64,000 bases of DNA from Macrostomum lignano (taxonomy: Eukaryota). Within the stretch, counting starts at the first letter, position 1. Every line of letters begins with the position of its first letter. The stretch covers positions 113,691 through 177,690 of the forward strand of contig NIVC01001905.1 of the NCBI GenBank assembly GCA_002269645.1, read 5' to 3'. A program made the position numbers and the translations under genes. This document shows, piece after piece, positions 41,578 through 54,480 of this stretch. Below the pieces are notes generated by a model. The model was given only the letters and a program-made list of their open reading frames with translations. It did no database searches and had not been told where the DNA came from.

Positions 41578-44500
41578 ATCAATCAATCAATCAATTAATC
41601 AATCAATCAATCAATTAATCAATCAATCAATCAATTAATCAATCAATCAAGAAATCAATAAATCAATCAATGTATCAGTCAATCAACCAATCAAATCACC
41701 CACTAATCGACAAATCAAGCAAACCAACACACCTCATCTTCGGCTGCCCGCTTCTTCGCGTCTGCGGCAGCTCCCTCCGTCGTTGGCGTCGGCTTGGCCG
41801 CCTCCTCCAACCTGCGCGGCTGCCCGTTGAGCCCGTTGACGGCGCTGCCGTTTCCGCTGGCGCCCGCCGCCACTGACGCCGCTGCCTCCGTCCTTGCACC
41901 TCCGTCCGCCTCAGGCGAGCTGGTGACTGTAGACAGTTCCGTGGCGGTTGGGCGCTGCCGAGTCCGGCTGATCACTGCTTGGGTCACGTGGTGCATCCGG
42001 ACTCCCGACCGGGCCGGGCTGACCGCTGTTTGAGGGTTTTTTTTCAAAAAAGAGTTTTTTATCATAACTCTGACTGACTCAAAACATTATTTCTCAGAAC
42101 GGGTGTTGTCAGCGCTCATTGTGGCGCCCCAGGCACTCATTTTAGCGCCGCAGGAACTCACTTTGGCGCCGAAGGCACTCATTTTGGTGCCGCCGCAGAC
42201 ATTCATTTTGGCGCCGCAGACAATCATTTTGGCGCCGCAGACACTCATTTTAGCGCCGCAGACACTCATTTTGGCGCCGCAGGTACTCATTTTGGCGCCG
42301 CAGATAACTCATTTTGGCGCCGCAGGCACGATATTTTGTCACCCGGAAGCAAAATTATTCATTTCCATAACGGTTCACAAGATTGGGCTGGGGGAACAAA
42401 GCATCGGCATGTCTCTCCCATAGCTTTTACTGGGGGGTCATGTCCTTCCTGTCCCCTCCGGTGACGACGCCCCTGCCTCTCAGAGTCCAATCTTACCCTG
42501 TCCCAGTCCAATCTCACCTTATCCCAGTCCAATCTCACCCTGTCCCAGTCCAATCTCACCCTGTCCCAGTCTAATCTCACCCTGTCCTAGCCCATCTCGT
42601 GACGCACAACAGATAAAATTCCTATCAAAGATTCAATCTTTATTAACCCAGCCTGCGTGTCACGTCAGCGAGTCCTTATCCAGTGTGCAGCAATCATAGT
42701 TGTCTAGTTACATCCGCAAAAGCATACGAGAAGTAATTAATATTTATATACATTCTGTCGGCTTGTCCTAACAGATTTTCCAGGAACTCGTTCGCTTCTG
42801 CTCTGGCTGCAACAATTTTTTATGCTTGGTTTTTTCTTAAAGGAATTCCTTTGATCCATGACAACACAAGCGGAAGAATGCGCGGAGAGATGATCGCGTA
42901 TGCACAGGCACTGGCTGAGTATTCGTCCGGTATGCTATATTTTATTAACTAGATGACGCTTGGCATTGCGTTAGAGAAGGAAATCTACGACTAGTACTGA
43001 CTAAGTCAGGATAGATCAGGATAGATCAGGATAGAACAGGATAGATCAGGATAGATCAGGATAGAACAGGATAGATCAGGATAGATCAGGATGGATCAGG
43101 ATAGAATAGGATAGATCAGGGAAGATCAGGATAGATCGGGATAGATCGGGTTAGATCAGGATAGATCAGGGTAGATCAGGGTAGATCAGGGAAGATCAGG
43201 GAAGATCAGGGAAGATCAGGATAAGATCAGGATAGATCAGGATGGATCAGGATAGATCAGGATAGATCAAGATAGATCAGGATAGATCAGGATAGATCAG
43301 GATAGATCAGGATAGATCAGGATAGATCAGGAAAGATCAGGATAGATCAGGATGGATCAGGATAGAATAGGATAGATCAGGGAAGATCAGGATAGATCGG
43401 GATAGATCGGGTTAGATCAGGATGGATCAGGATAGATCGGGTTAGATCAGGATAGATCAGGATAGATCGGGATAGATCGGGTTAGATCAGGATAGATCAG
43501 GGTAGATCAGGGTAGATCAGGGTAGATCAGGGTAGATCAGGATAGATTAGAATAGATCAAGATAGATCAGGATAGATCAGGATGGATCGGGATAGATCAG
43601 GGTAGATCAGGATGGATCGGGATAGATCCTAGGGTTCAAAATTAGTGTCATCCTATATAATACGTGATTAATAAAATCACTTCATCATATTCCTCAGCAG
43701 AACTTCCTGTTAATTTAATTACTTCCTCAGCCTTCTCTTCTATCCCTAAATCTCAGCCTACTCCGGTGGTACGAGTGCTATATTTTTAATCCATTCGCCT
43801 GCGGCTTTTCATAATTAAGGAACGGTGGTAGGTCAAGCATTGGAGGATATACTGTAGAGTTTAGTTTAGCCGAGTGTCAAAGGACCCAGAACTTTTACAA
43901 AGATTTTCATTTTTGCATATCACTGAATGGGGTCACCACCATTTGCCCGGCGGAAGTTTACTCTCGGAGAAAGTTTCCCCTCGATTCGTCCCCGAAATAC
44001 ATGTATTAGTGTCTGTAAGGGTCCTATTTACTATTTTTACTATTAGGATAAACGACATGTACATGCATGCATAGATATCGGGGCTGCAGACTAAAAATAT
44101 TTATTGTGACTATCGCCTTGATCGGAATGTCCTTCTTTCAGCTTTCAAACGAAGCACTAAATGGTTCGTAAAATGATAATTTTGGCATTGTTTTTTTGTT
44201 ATATCGCATTTCGAAAAATGTAAACACGAAATTGTTAGTTTCATACTGCACTAATTGGACAAATAAATGTACATTTTTAATGCACGTAGATGTAGTGTAT
44301 TACGAGTACTATTAAGCATACTCGTAACTATAAACTGTATTACGCCTATATTAAGCAGGCTTCAGTAGCCGGGTTAACTTCTGAATTTTACTAGAACTGA
44401 TTTAATTGACTGATAAGCATCGATTAGCTTTCTTAGCTTTTTTGAGGTCCAAGATGGTCTCGCCGCAAACCGGAACTTGGGACGCATGGTGCCAGAGAGT

Positions 44501-45918
44501 CGGGCGCATTACCGCCCATGCCGCTTTCCTGCTTACATGACGTTTCAGGACTCGCCCAACGTAAACAATTTAAAGTTGAAAAGACTATCAGGTTATCAGA
44601 CCTAGAACCTAGAAGACTTTTATGGAGATACTATAGATAATCTAGATAGCCGGGCATAAGCTTACTGTAGATAATAATTATATGTACAGGTACGCACGTT
44701 GTATACTAAAATTATATGCCTGTATACTTCATGGCGGGATAATATACACCTAACAATTTGTTACCGGCTGAATGGGGTTTCGCCAAAAAAGTGTTAAACG
44801 ATTATTACGCTCGTACCTGCAGTGCCGCCATTCTCAGCGTCCGCAACCGCTCCATCGCACTCCTCCTGCAGCATCAGTTGATTAGCCGCGTGCGTCATCA
44901 ACTGGAAGACGCCGGTGCGAAATCGGCCCACGCCAGCCGAGTGCAGAATCGGCAGCCCGGTGGATTGACGACGCTTCAACATTTTCGGCTGCTGACGCCT
45001 GACCGGCTCCGACAAGACGTCGGCTGCGCCTACGGCAGCGGTGGAGCCGATCTCAGCTGGCAGCGAACTGCTGCTGCCGTTGAGGCTCGGCGCCTGCGAC
45101 GAAGTCACCCTGGCAGCAGCGTTGCCGTTGCCATTCCCAGTGCCGATCTCTGCCCCTCTTCTGGCCGAAGGAACTGAGGCAATCGCGACAGTGGCGGCGA
45201 CCGCGGGGACGGCGGTTGGCTCGGCGGCCACCTCAGATTGGTGGCGCCTGCCGGCCCCGATCAGGGCGCGAACTCGGGTCTCTATTTGCTCGTTGAACTT
45301 CATGAACAGCACGTAGGCGGCGTAGCAGGCGAGCAGCGCCACGGACTCGTACCAGTCGATGCTGGCGTCTCTGAAGGCAATCATCAGCAGAGTCAGCGAC
45401 AGCATGTAGAAGCAGCAGTCGCGAAACAGAGGCCACCAGGTGAGCTGCAGGACGCCGCGCGAGAAGAAAGCGCACATGCTGAGCACAAACAGGATGTTGA
45501 ACACGGCGCTGCCAACGATGGTCCCGATGCCCACGTCGCTAGCCGACACGAAGGAGCCGAGAAATGATGTAGCCAGCTCGGGCGCCGAGCCCCCAGCCGC
45601 CATAAACGTTGCCCCGGCAACGTCATTCGAGATGCGCAACCGTCTAGTGATGACGGAGAGGCTGGGCACAAAGAATTCGTCACAGACGATGGCCAACGCG
45701 CAGAACATGTAGAGCAGGCCGATGCAGTGCAGGACAATCGCGCCACGGCTCTTCTGCTCGCAGGTGAACACATCGCGCGGGTACTCGCCGGTGGCTTCGC
45801 TGTCGTTGCATTGAATTGACGGATCGTAGCGAGTGCCGTCGGCGGCCGCTGCAGCTGCCGACGTGACCAGAGCGGTCGTGAGTCCGGTTACTGCCAGCGC
45901 TGCTAGCCAAGAAGTCAT
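38008..45918 (-). CDS. K+-dependent Na+/Ca2+ exchanger (NCKX, SLC24 family); complement join(44817..45918,41733..42025,39933..40055,39443..39562,38008..38397), 675 aa
   Basis: Alpha-1 repeat [20 protein letters not shown]...[13 protein letters not shown] and alpha-2 repeat [18 protein letters not shown]...[14 protein letters not shown]. Signal peptide and long cytosolic loop. GT-AG junctions give 2028 nt = 676 codons. Confidence 0.93.
38422..39438. repeat. (TGTGTCTCAG)n followed by pure (TCAG)n, filling NCKX intron 4
   Basis: Seen directly. Confidence 0.97.
40100..40595. repeat. 20/21-bp minisatellite (AGGGTGAGATTGGACTRRGAY)n in NCKX intron 2
   Basis: Direct tandem units. Confidence 0.9.
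41330..41700. repeat. (AATC)n/(AAAT)n microsatellite
   Basis: Seen directly. Confidence 0.9.
42110..42325. repeat. Inverted, more diverged copy of the 21-bp satellite at 10577-11938
   Basis: GCACTCATTTTAGCGCCGCAG is the reverse complement of the unit. Confidence 0.9.
42483..42595. repeat. Inverted copy of the 21-bp satellite at 40100-40595
   Basis: CAGTCCAATCTCACCCTGTCC is the reverse complement of GGACAGGGTGAGATTGGACTG. Confidence 0.9.
43005..43628. repeat. 10-bp minisatellite (GATAGATCAG)n in NCKX intron 1
   Basis: Direct tandem units. Confidence 0.95.
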
Positions 45919-46901
45919 GCTGTGCTGATCGACAACTCTGAGTCACAATTACACGCGGCTTTGGGCTTTGCAAAGCTTTGCAAAGCAAAGCATCTTTTCT
46001 TACCTTGCTGCTTGAAGTCAATTATTACTATGGGTGCAGCTTTTAAAGCCTACGAATGCCTTAATCCTACGGCAGGATAGAGAAGGGCTAATCCGAAGGT
46101 AGCTTTGTGAGCTGCTCTCTCTCTCTCTCTGTCTTACTGCTTGAGCAGTGCTCGATTCGATCTCGCTGTCGCTTTCCCCTCTTCCTCATTTTCTCCCTCT
46201 GTCTGTCTGTCTGCTCAGGATTGGCTCGGGACAAAAATTAGTCGATGGATGGACAAGGTAGATTTTTCCCCTTTACCTGAGAAAATGTTCCTGCACAATC
46301 GTTTCCATACCTCCCACTCTTATCCACCCGTTGTCGTCTTCCTTTTGCTTATTCCCAATTCAATCAAAGCCCGGGCGCTGTCTTCCCATTATGCTTGCTT
46401 ATAATTATCCCAATCCCTCAGACCCACCCGTCTGTCAAAATGAGTAGGCTAGCCGCAGGCCTAGAGATAAGCCTAGAGAGGGCGACTGAGGCGTCGCACA
46501 TGCAGGCCCGATCAGTAGGCCAGATCTTGCGTGAACGGCTGATCATGCAGCGCGATGGTTATTCAGGCAGTTCAAAAATAGCCCCGTGCCGCCGCGCTGA
46601 ACCCTCGAACGAAAACGAGCAGGCAGATTTCGCCTCTGAAGAAGAGCTTTAATTACTGCACCTGACTGATGGTATCCAAGGCCCTTAGCTCAGTACCCGC
46701 CAAGCACTATATTGCATGCTTTGTCAGCTTTTTATGCAGCATTTTCTGCGGTTAAATATGCTGCGCATTTTGTTTTTTTGACGTGTAATGCGATATCGAT
46801 GTAAAAAATTTTTTCAAAAAATCTGCAGTTCGATCTATGAAGTATCTGGTTGCAGAATTAGATCCTCTTGTGACGTCTGAAACTCGTTTTTCCATCCATA
46901 T

Positions 46902-47440
46902 TTCAGGTACAGTTCAAGCACATTTTCACACAGTTTTCAGGTAAAGTTCAAGCACACTTTCACACAGTTTTCAGGTAAAGTTCAAGCACACTTTCACACA
47001 GTTTTCAGGTAAAGTTCAAGCACACTTTCACACAGTTTTCAGGTAAAGTTCAAGCACACTTTCACACAGTTTTCAGGTAAAGTTCAAGCACATTTTCACA
47101 CAGTTTTCAGGTAAAGTTCAAGCACACTTTCACACAGTTTTCAGGTACAGTTCAAGCACATTTTCACACAGTTTTCAGGTACAGTTCAAGCACATTTTCA
47201 CACAGTTTTCAGGTACAGTTCAAGCACACTTTCACACAGTTTTCAGGTACAGTTCAAGCACACTTTCACACAGTTTTCAGGTAAAGTTCAAGCACACTTT
47301 CACACAGTTTTCAGGTACAGTTCAAGCACACTTTCACACAGTTTTCAGGTAAAGTTCAAGCACACTTTCACACAGTTTTCAGGTACAGTTCAGGCACACT
47401 TTCACACAGTTTTTAGGCACAGTCTAAGCACACTTTCAGA
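46902..47440. repeat. 34-bp minisatellite (CAGGTAAAGTTCAAGCACACTTTCACACAGTTTT)n
   Basis: Direct tandem units. Confidence 0.95.
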
Positions 47441-48788
47441 CTAACAAAGAACGATTCCTAATACTAATAAGATCATTAAAAAATATAGACAGGAAACGAA
47501 AATGTAGGAGAAGAATCTTGAATTGCTCAATTTTGTTTGCTACACTATTCGGGACTAAACCTCTTGCCTAGCTTATATAGCTTAGTTCCCTACCGCTCCT
47601 CCTATTTAATTAATCCAATCATCCAGGATTTACATACGCGTTTTATAATTCTGACTTTGAAATTCAGCCAGTCGACCTTTAGAGAACTTCTACATTATGT
47701 ATATATGTAAATGATCTCCCACAGACGGGGGGCCGAGCCAGGTTCTAGAGCATGGATTTTTCTGTATGTCAATAGTTGATTGAGTCATTCGAATTGAAAG
47801 GGTAACAAACCTAAGAATAAAATGCTCTGACCGTTAATTTTTAAAGCAATAAAGCAATTTCCAGATTCAGATATCAGCAGCAATTTAGTCAACTTATTTG
47901 AGACTTTGGCATCTAACCAATTGTCCATTGAGGCCATATCAAAACTCTGGGCCGCTGTGTACACCCTGTCTGAGCGTGATTTGCTGAAACGGTGCTCAAA
48001 ACACCTTTGCAACCTGGTGCGCAATTATTTTGACCTAATAGCTAATATAGTATGTGGACTCTTAGTTACACTGTGCGGAACCCTATAGTCGGGTTTCGTT
48101 CCCAACTGCTTGAATTTGTTCAAGCCTGTCTAAGTACTTAAGTTTCTAATTGAGAAAGTTAGTTCTCAAGACTTCATTTAGGTAGCAAAGAGACGCTATA
48201 TATCTAGCCTCTTTTAAAAATTTCGTATTAAGAGAAGGAATTGACGGCCAGACAAAAACAAGTAATCTATAATAGCTTATATCCGATCCTAAAATTAGGA
48301 CTAGTATAGCTTTATATCCAAATAACATTATGGTGCAGGTATCCTAGAAGGATTTAAGTGTTTTTAGCTGCCAATATTATTTATCCTACCGCCTTAATTG
48401 CGAGACTAATTAATGGCTAAAGCCAGTTTTTTTACTTTTAAACATTTTACTTTAAAAGCGAGACTATCAGAGCATATTATACCTTGAACTTTTAGATTAG
48501 CAGTAATAGCATGTGTACATTTACATGTATAATTTAGGGGCGTTGCCGGGATCGCAGTCAGGGTGCAGGTTTTATTGCCCAAGGGTTGAATAATCAATAA
48601 TCGATTATTGTACCATATGGACAGCTGAAGTAGAGAAGGACGATGAAGGACAGTAAAGAAGGCCATATTCATCATCTCGTCGCTATAGTGCATTTAGTAT
48701 GCGTTTCTAGACACAGATTCTATATCTATATACTAAAAATGAACCTCGTTAGTTGACCGACTTTTCGCAAATTTATTCTACCTAGATT

Positions 48789-49011
48789 CGGAGGGGGGCA
48801 TCACAAACCCTAAAAATCACCAACCCAAAATATAACAAACTTGAAGTATCACAAACCCGAAATATCACAAAACCGAAATATCACAAAAGCCGAAAGTTCA
48901 ACGCCCAACGGTGGTTTTCGAAGTTATAGTATTTTCTTGTTTATGATAGGATCGGGTTTTTGATGAAAAATTCTTTAGGAGTTGTGATTTTTCGGGTTTG
49001 TAATAGCGACC
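48789..49011. mobile_element. Mutator-like MITE
   Basis: Imperfect TIRs (ATCACAAACCC..AAAATCAC versus GTGATTTT..GGGTTTGTAAT). 9-bp flanks ACCTAGATT/CCCTAGATT. Internal ATCACAAA repeats. Confidence 0.55.
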
Positions 49012-50563
49012 CCCTAGATTGGGGGTGTGTCACTACAGCATTGGCTGATGTACGAGTTCTGGCCAGGTTTTTAGGGCCACAGACACAGACACTATAGCTG
49101 CAGCTGCTAATGCTACTGCTTGAGAGCAGCAGAAGCTATACCGTCTATGGTCTTAACCCCTGGGCTTTCGCCAGGCGGCTGGAAGTGACCCGTCTATGGC
49201 AACATATACTCGTAGTTATAAAATCGAATCTGTGGAGAAAACATATTTTTATAGCACGCATTATTCTACAGAATTTGTCTATGGCAAAATCCCATTCAGC
49301 GCAGCTATGCGTTATCTAGAGCAGGCTCAACAATATGCATATGATAATTAATAGCCATTTAATAAGCATTCTAATGGTCAGAATGTCCGAGGCTGCATTT
49401 AATGGTCTTGAGGCGGGGGAAGCCCCCATAATTGTACCATAGACAATTTTTCTGTTGATTTATTGGACCCGGCATAGAAGCAGTAATTGTACCATAGACT
49501 ATTGATTCCTTGCTGCGAAGGCGCCCATTAAACGCCAATTAAATAAGCAATAGGATTTTAATTAGTGTTAATTCAGCTGACATTAGTATAATTGTCAAAA
49601 AGTGCATGGCCCCTCGGTTTCGAAAAATTCTCGTTTCGATGTTATTCCTGCATGGCTTGATATACACGTAGGATTTTGATTGTGCATACATATAATATAG
49701 TACACATTTTGAATCGTCGGGATTCTTGTACATATCTGATATATTCCTATTAGATAGCGCGGTATACATGTAGTAACTCTTCGCTCTACCGCTCTGCAAT
49801 TGCTGTACAACTATGCGTACATATACATGTAGGTGCAATATAAATGGCTGCGCATGCATGCATGTGAAAGAGTCCATGCAAGCTTGCATGGTCCAATTGG
49901 CTAAAATATTTACTGCATGGCTTTGCTTTTGTGCTTTATACCGGTAGATACTTTTCTTCTACATAATTTTATTTTGATGTTTATTTTTGTTGCCGTTTTT
50001 CGGTCCATATAAGTACTACAGTATATGCGTACGAATATTTTCCTTACCAAAAGTAAACTATACTTCAACCCAGACAAACCAATTTTCATTATAATTAGCA
50101 TTTCGAAGAACGAATACCTGTATACAATTAATTATACTCGAAGCAGGTTTTATTTGCTATTCAATACACATGGGGAGTTGGATCTGTACCACATACACTG
50201 TATAGTAGCATGCAGTAACTTTTTTGTAGCTGAAAAGCATATTCTAAACTCCTTTAAACGTTTTTAGATGCAATAATGTCGTAGTTAGATGGTAATCAAA
50301 TAATTGATTTCTATTAGTATTCATTAACTATATTATTCAATAAAATTGTAACAAAAAGTTTTGTTGCGCAGCACACGTTTAAGTATCGTGCATCGTGGAC
50401 CCGTGGACAACTTAAGTAGATTCAGGCAAAAAATCACGCTTCCTTGTCGCATATAGTTGTCTTTAAATTTATTAAATTTAGATCAAATATTAAAATACAA
50501 TACAATAGTGATATTACAATAAGTGTCAGTTTAGTTATAGTTTTTCTCTTCCAGAGGAATATT

Positions 50564-50722
50564 TAGGGGCGTAGCCAGGAATTTCCTACGGGGGGATACA
50601 CCAAGGTAAAAGTGCCATGACAGAGTCACATGGTAGCATGTATAGCAACAAATGGCAACAAAAAAGTTTTGGTCAGGCTCTTCGGGGGTACATCCCCCCT
50701 ATCCCCCCTCCCTACGCCCCTG
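50564..50722. mobile_element. hAT-like MITE
   Basis: TIR TAGGGGCGTAG/CTACGCCCCTG with degenerate 8-bp flanks GGAATATT/GAATTATT. Confidence 0.55.
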
Positions 50723-51877
50723 GAATTATTGTGATCGGTTTAGGTAATCCTTCCAGCCCTTGTTAAAAATGAAGCAGGTAGCATAATATTATTAAGAACT
50801 AGGGACTTAAAATATAATGATTTGAATGAATAGAGTTTTGTTTTAAAATATTCACTAATTTGATTCGCGAATATGATATGCATGTTAATTTATTAACTTG
50901 TATAAGTTCCGGTGTTATTTTCAGAAACGTAGTAACATTTTTACGTAGTTAGGCACATTTAACATCTAAAAGATTGAAATACGAGTATATATAAAGAGAA
51001 CTTTCGTCTTTGTGCATTCAAAAAAATTAAAAAAACATAGACATTCTTACATGTGCGGGTTCCCCGACAGATATTTTCCTGGCAGATATTTTTTCCTTCG
51101 AACTGATAATTTAAACAAAAATAAATTCAAGCTTCGGGATACATTCCTTACTCTGACGCCATATTCAGCTTTAAAAAATTGTTAGCAGAAATTTTTTGTC
51201 TCAAAAGAAAAAACATTGGCACGAATGCAAAGTGTGCCAAAAGACGAATTCATTTGGCATCGTATAATTACAAACTCCAAAAAATCATTCTTATTTCTTA
51301 CAGATTGAAGCTTATATAATACAAACTACGTATTAGAAAATATACAGAACTTTAAATTTCAGGAACTCTTCTTTAGTTTATTTAAAAAATAATGCATTTA
51401 CATTCTTTGTTGGCGTCCACATAAGGGCTATTGGTATTGCCATATCTAACTTGAATTAAAATTACTTAAAAAAGTCGGCTTAGTAAGTTAAAGTAGGCCT
51501 AACGTTGAACAGATTTTAGGGCTTACTGAAGATAAGAAGAACTATTAAAACGTTTTAAATATTTAATAAAATTTTAATTAAGTTCATAATTAGTAATTTA
51601 GTACTGGATTGAAAATGAATATTTGATAGTGATACTATTAATATTAGGCCTAGGCCTATTTTCTTTACACTCAACAACAGTCAAAAGTTCTACCTGCCAA
51701 GCAAATATATTTTTATTTACCATTTACTGTGCATTTTAAATGAGAATTTTTCTTTCTCCCTATGCGTGATTTGTACAGGTGGAACTTTTGACTGTTGCTG
51801 AGTATAATTATTACTAGGGACATGGTATATTTATACAATAAGTAACAATATACATAGTCAAAAAGGTGGCTCAGTAT

Positions 51878-52537
51878 GGGTGCCACCGAATTTGTCAACA
51901 TTTAACTCCTCAACTCTGCTGAACAATTCGGTTACCTTAATAGGCACTGTTGATGAATTTGGGTATATCAGCTTCCCTAGCTGCAACAAGCTGCACTACC
52001 CTGGTTGACTTGATCTGCCACTCTAGATATACATTACATGTGCATTGTACAATATACAATTATGTATCTGGAACTCAACTATGTACAATTTTTTATTGCA
52101 TGCATGTACATTCACAAAGTGATATATGAAGTCTAAATAATACTTTTGTTTTGTTTGGTCCAAAGAACTGTAAAAGTGCAGTGCTTGTCTTAACAGAGTC
52201 AGAGCCAATTCATTTCACCTTAATTCAATATGCCAATATATTTAAGAACAAAAAACTGTACAATCCTTAGGTAGGTCAAAGACAGTCCAGTAGAATTTCA
52301 AAACAGCCTAAGAACAAAACAAAGGGAGAGAGAGAAAAAATAGGCATGGCATTGCTCACAGAACTCAATTGGCAGAAATTTACATTATTGAGATACGAAA
52401 CAACTTTTAGTAATTCTGTCTCATTTTGTTGACGAATTCTCTCAGCTTGTTTTAACTGTTGACGAATTCAACTTCCTCCAATTTCTCACATGTTAGGTCT
52501 GTTGACGAATTAGATGTTGACAAATTTGGTGTAACCC
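51878..52537. mobile_element. Non-autonomous Mutator-like (MULE) element, 660 bp
   Basis: About 37-bp imperfect TIR GGGTGCCACCGAATTTGTCAACATTTAACTCCTCAAC / GTTGACGAATTAGATGTTGACAAATTTGGTGTAACCC. 9-bp TSD GCTCAGTAT/ACTCAGTAT. Internal TTGACGAATT repeats. Confidence 0.75.
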
Positions 52538-54189
52538 ACTCAGTATGCACTAAAATACTTTTTGGGAGACAATCTATATGTAAAGTGTCCATGCTTTAAA
52601 AAAACTTTGAAAAACCAAGAAAATCCTAGAAAAAACCTTATTCTTGAACAAAGCAAAATTCCTAAAAACATAAGAAATCCTTTTTATTTTATGCAAATTT
52701 TTATAAAACTATATGACCATGCAAAACTTCTATCTTAGGCCTAATGTAGTGCTAATCAAGAAACTCTTATAAAATTTGCCATTGCAGTATGTGGCAATCT
52801 ATAAAGCAAGTTTATTGTTAGTATTAGGGCTTACCTAGCTTCATTATGACTTTCCTTTGCCAATATAAAAAAGAGATTTCAATTTTCAGCCATTTTCTAC
52901 AACTTATAGAACTTACACAAAATGTTCAATCTATGTCTATGATTCCAAAATAGAATCCAAGAATCTAAAATCCAAAATTTATCTATGCATACTACTTTTT
53001 GTATAGGTGCTAGTAGTGCTAAGGTTGAAAAAACTAATAAAACTATTTTATAATCAATTTTTGACTATCAATAATTAGAGAAAATTAGGACATAGATTGG
53101 GACACTGGGAATGGGAAATTTAACTAGCTTAAATCTAACAAACTTATTATATTGAATGTAAGTAACATAAATTAAATGCACTTTTGCATGTTTATTATCA
53201 ATGGTTTGCATCTCTATTAATAGCAAATGCCATATGAAATGATATAAAAAATATAAAATATCAAAGTAGGCTGGCTAGCCCTAGCCTATAAATGAAACAG
53301 AAACATTATTTACTAGATAAATAGGAAAAGCATTTAAAAACTTGGTAGTCATTAGGGAGCATAAACAAGAAGCCTTAAATACCTCAAACTCTAAAATAAA
53401 AACATTATTACTAGGCCTAGATCAAATAGAATAAACTTGTTTGCTATTGTCATCAAATTCAGTTTCTTTTTGTTTCTTGCTTGATTATATTTTTTATATT
53501 TTTCATATAATTTAGAATGTCAATTAGTATTCAAGCCTATATTTCATTACTCCTTCAGCTTTTTAACTAGTTCTATTCTTCATGTAATTTGTAGCCATTT
53601 GTTTCTATCTTTTTTGATTTTTTGATAACAAAAAGCTACTAGCCATTATTTTACCTTGTATTACAACTTAAAAATAGTTATAGGCTTTGACATCCTATAG
53701 TTAGATAGGTTAGGATGGTAAGGACTACATTTCAGATGAATATTTTCATTTTCAATGTTAGAAAAGCTCTAAAGCCCCTAGAATCAAGGACTCAAGCAAC
53801 AAAAATAGAAATTTTGGTCTTGGACACTATATGTACATTGGGATTGGAATAGAGGGGGCTACAATTAAGTTATATGTTTTCATTTTCACTGCAAAGGTAG
53901 CTCTTAAGTCCCTAGGGTTGGAAACTCAAACAAAATTTTTATATATACACATTGTGGTTAGGAAGATGGGGGCTTAAGTTAAGATAAATGAAGCTAATAA
54001 GGAAGCTACCTAGCACTTGCCACTATTAAAGAAGGCTAGACTGCAAAGGTTTTCTGGAAACCAACTGATAAGTAAGCCATCACCTTTACAAAAGATCTTG
54101 TATATCAAGAATAAGAGATTTTGTTATTTTAGTTATATAACCAAATGAGAAAATATATATTAGGGGAGAAGGAGAATGGAAACCCTATT

Positions 54190-54480
54190 GCAGCCAAGGT
54201 CTGAACCGCGCCGGATGCCCCCCTTTCCCACGCCAGACATCTACCCATACCGCGCCAGGGCCAGTCCCCAGGATCAGTGATTTGGTTCAATTAGTCAGTC
54301 AATGGCTCGCATCAATCGACGTTGACCCGGCCCTTTGTTGCCGCTTTGTCTCCCATGCCCCCGCGCTACGCCGCCGCGCGCTGCCGCCACACGCCACGCC
54401 ACCAAGCGCCGCTGCCACGCGCCACGCCGCGCCGCCGCCAGGCCAATCCGCGCCGGACGCCGTCCACGAAAATGGCCATT
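54190..54480. promoter_or_regulatory. GC/CpG-rich island in AT-rich DNA, candidate promoter/5' region of the OCIA gene
   Basis: Repeated GCCACGCC motifs and GGCCAATC, about 1.3 kb upstream of the ATG. Confidence 0.25.

Noticed and set aside
47785-50267. Several 60-116 aa ORFs in the AT-rich tract
   Set aside because: They show no recognisable motifs, have codon usage unlike the real exons, and are of a length expected by chance.
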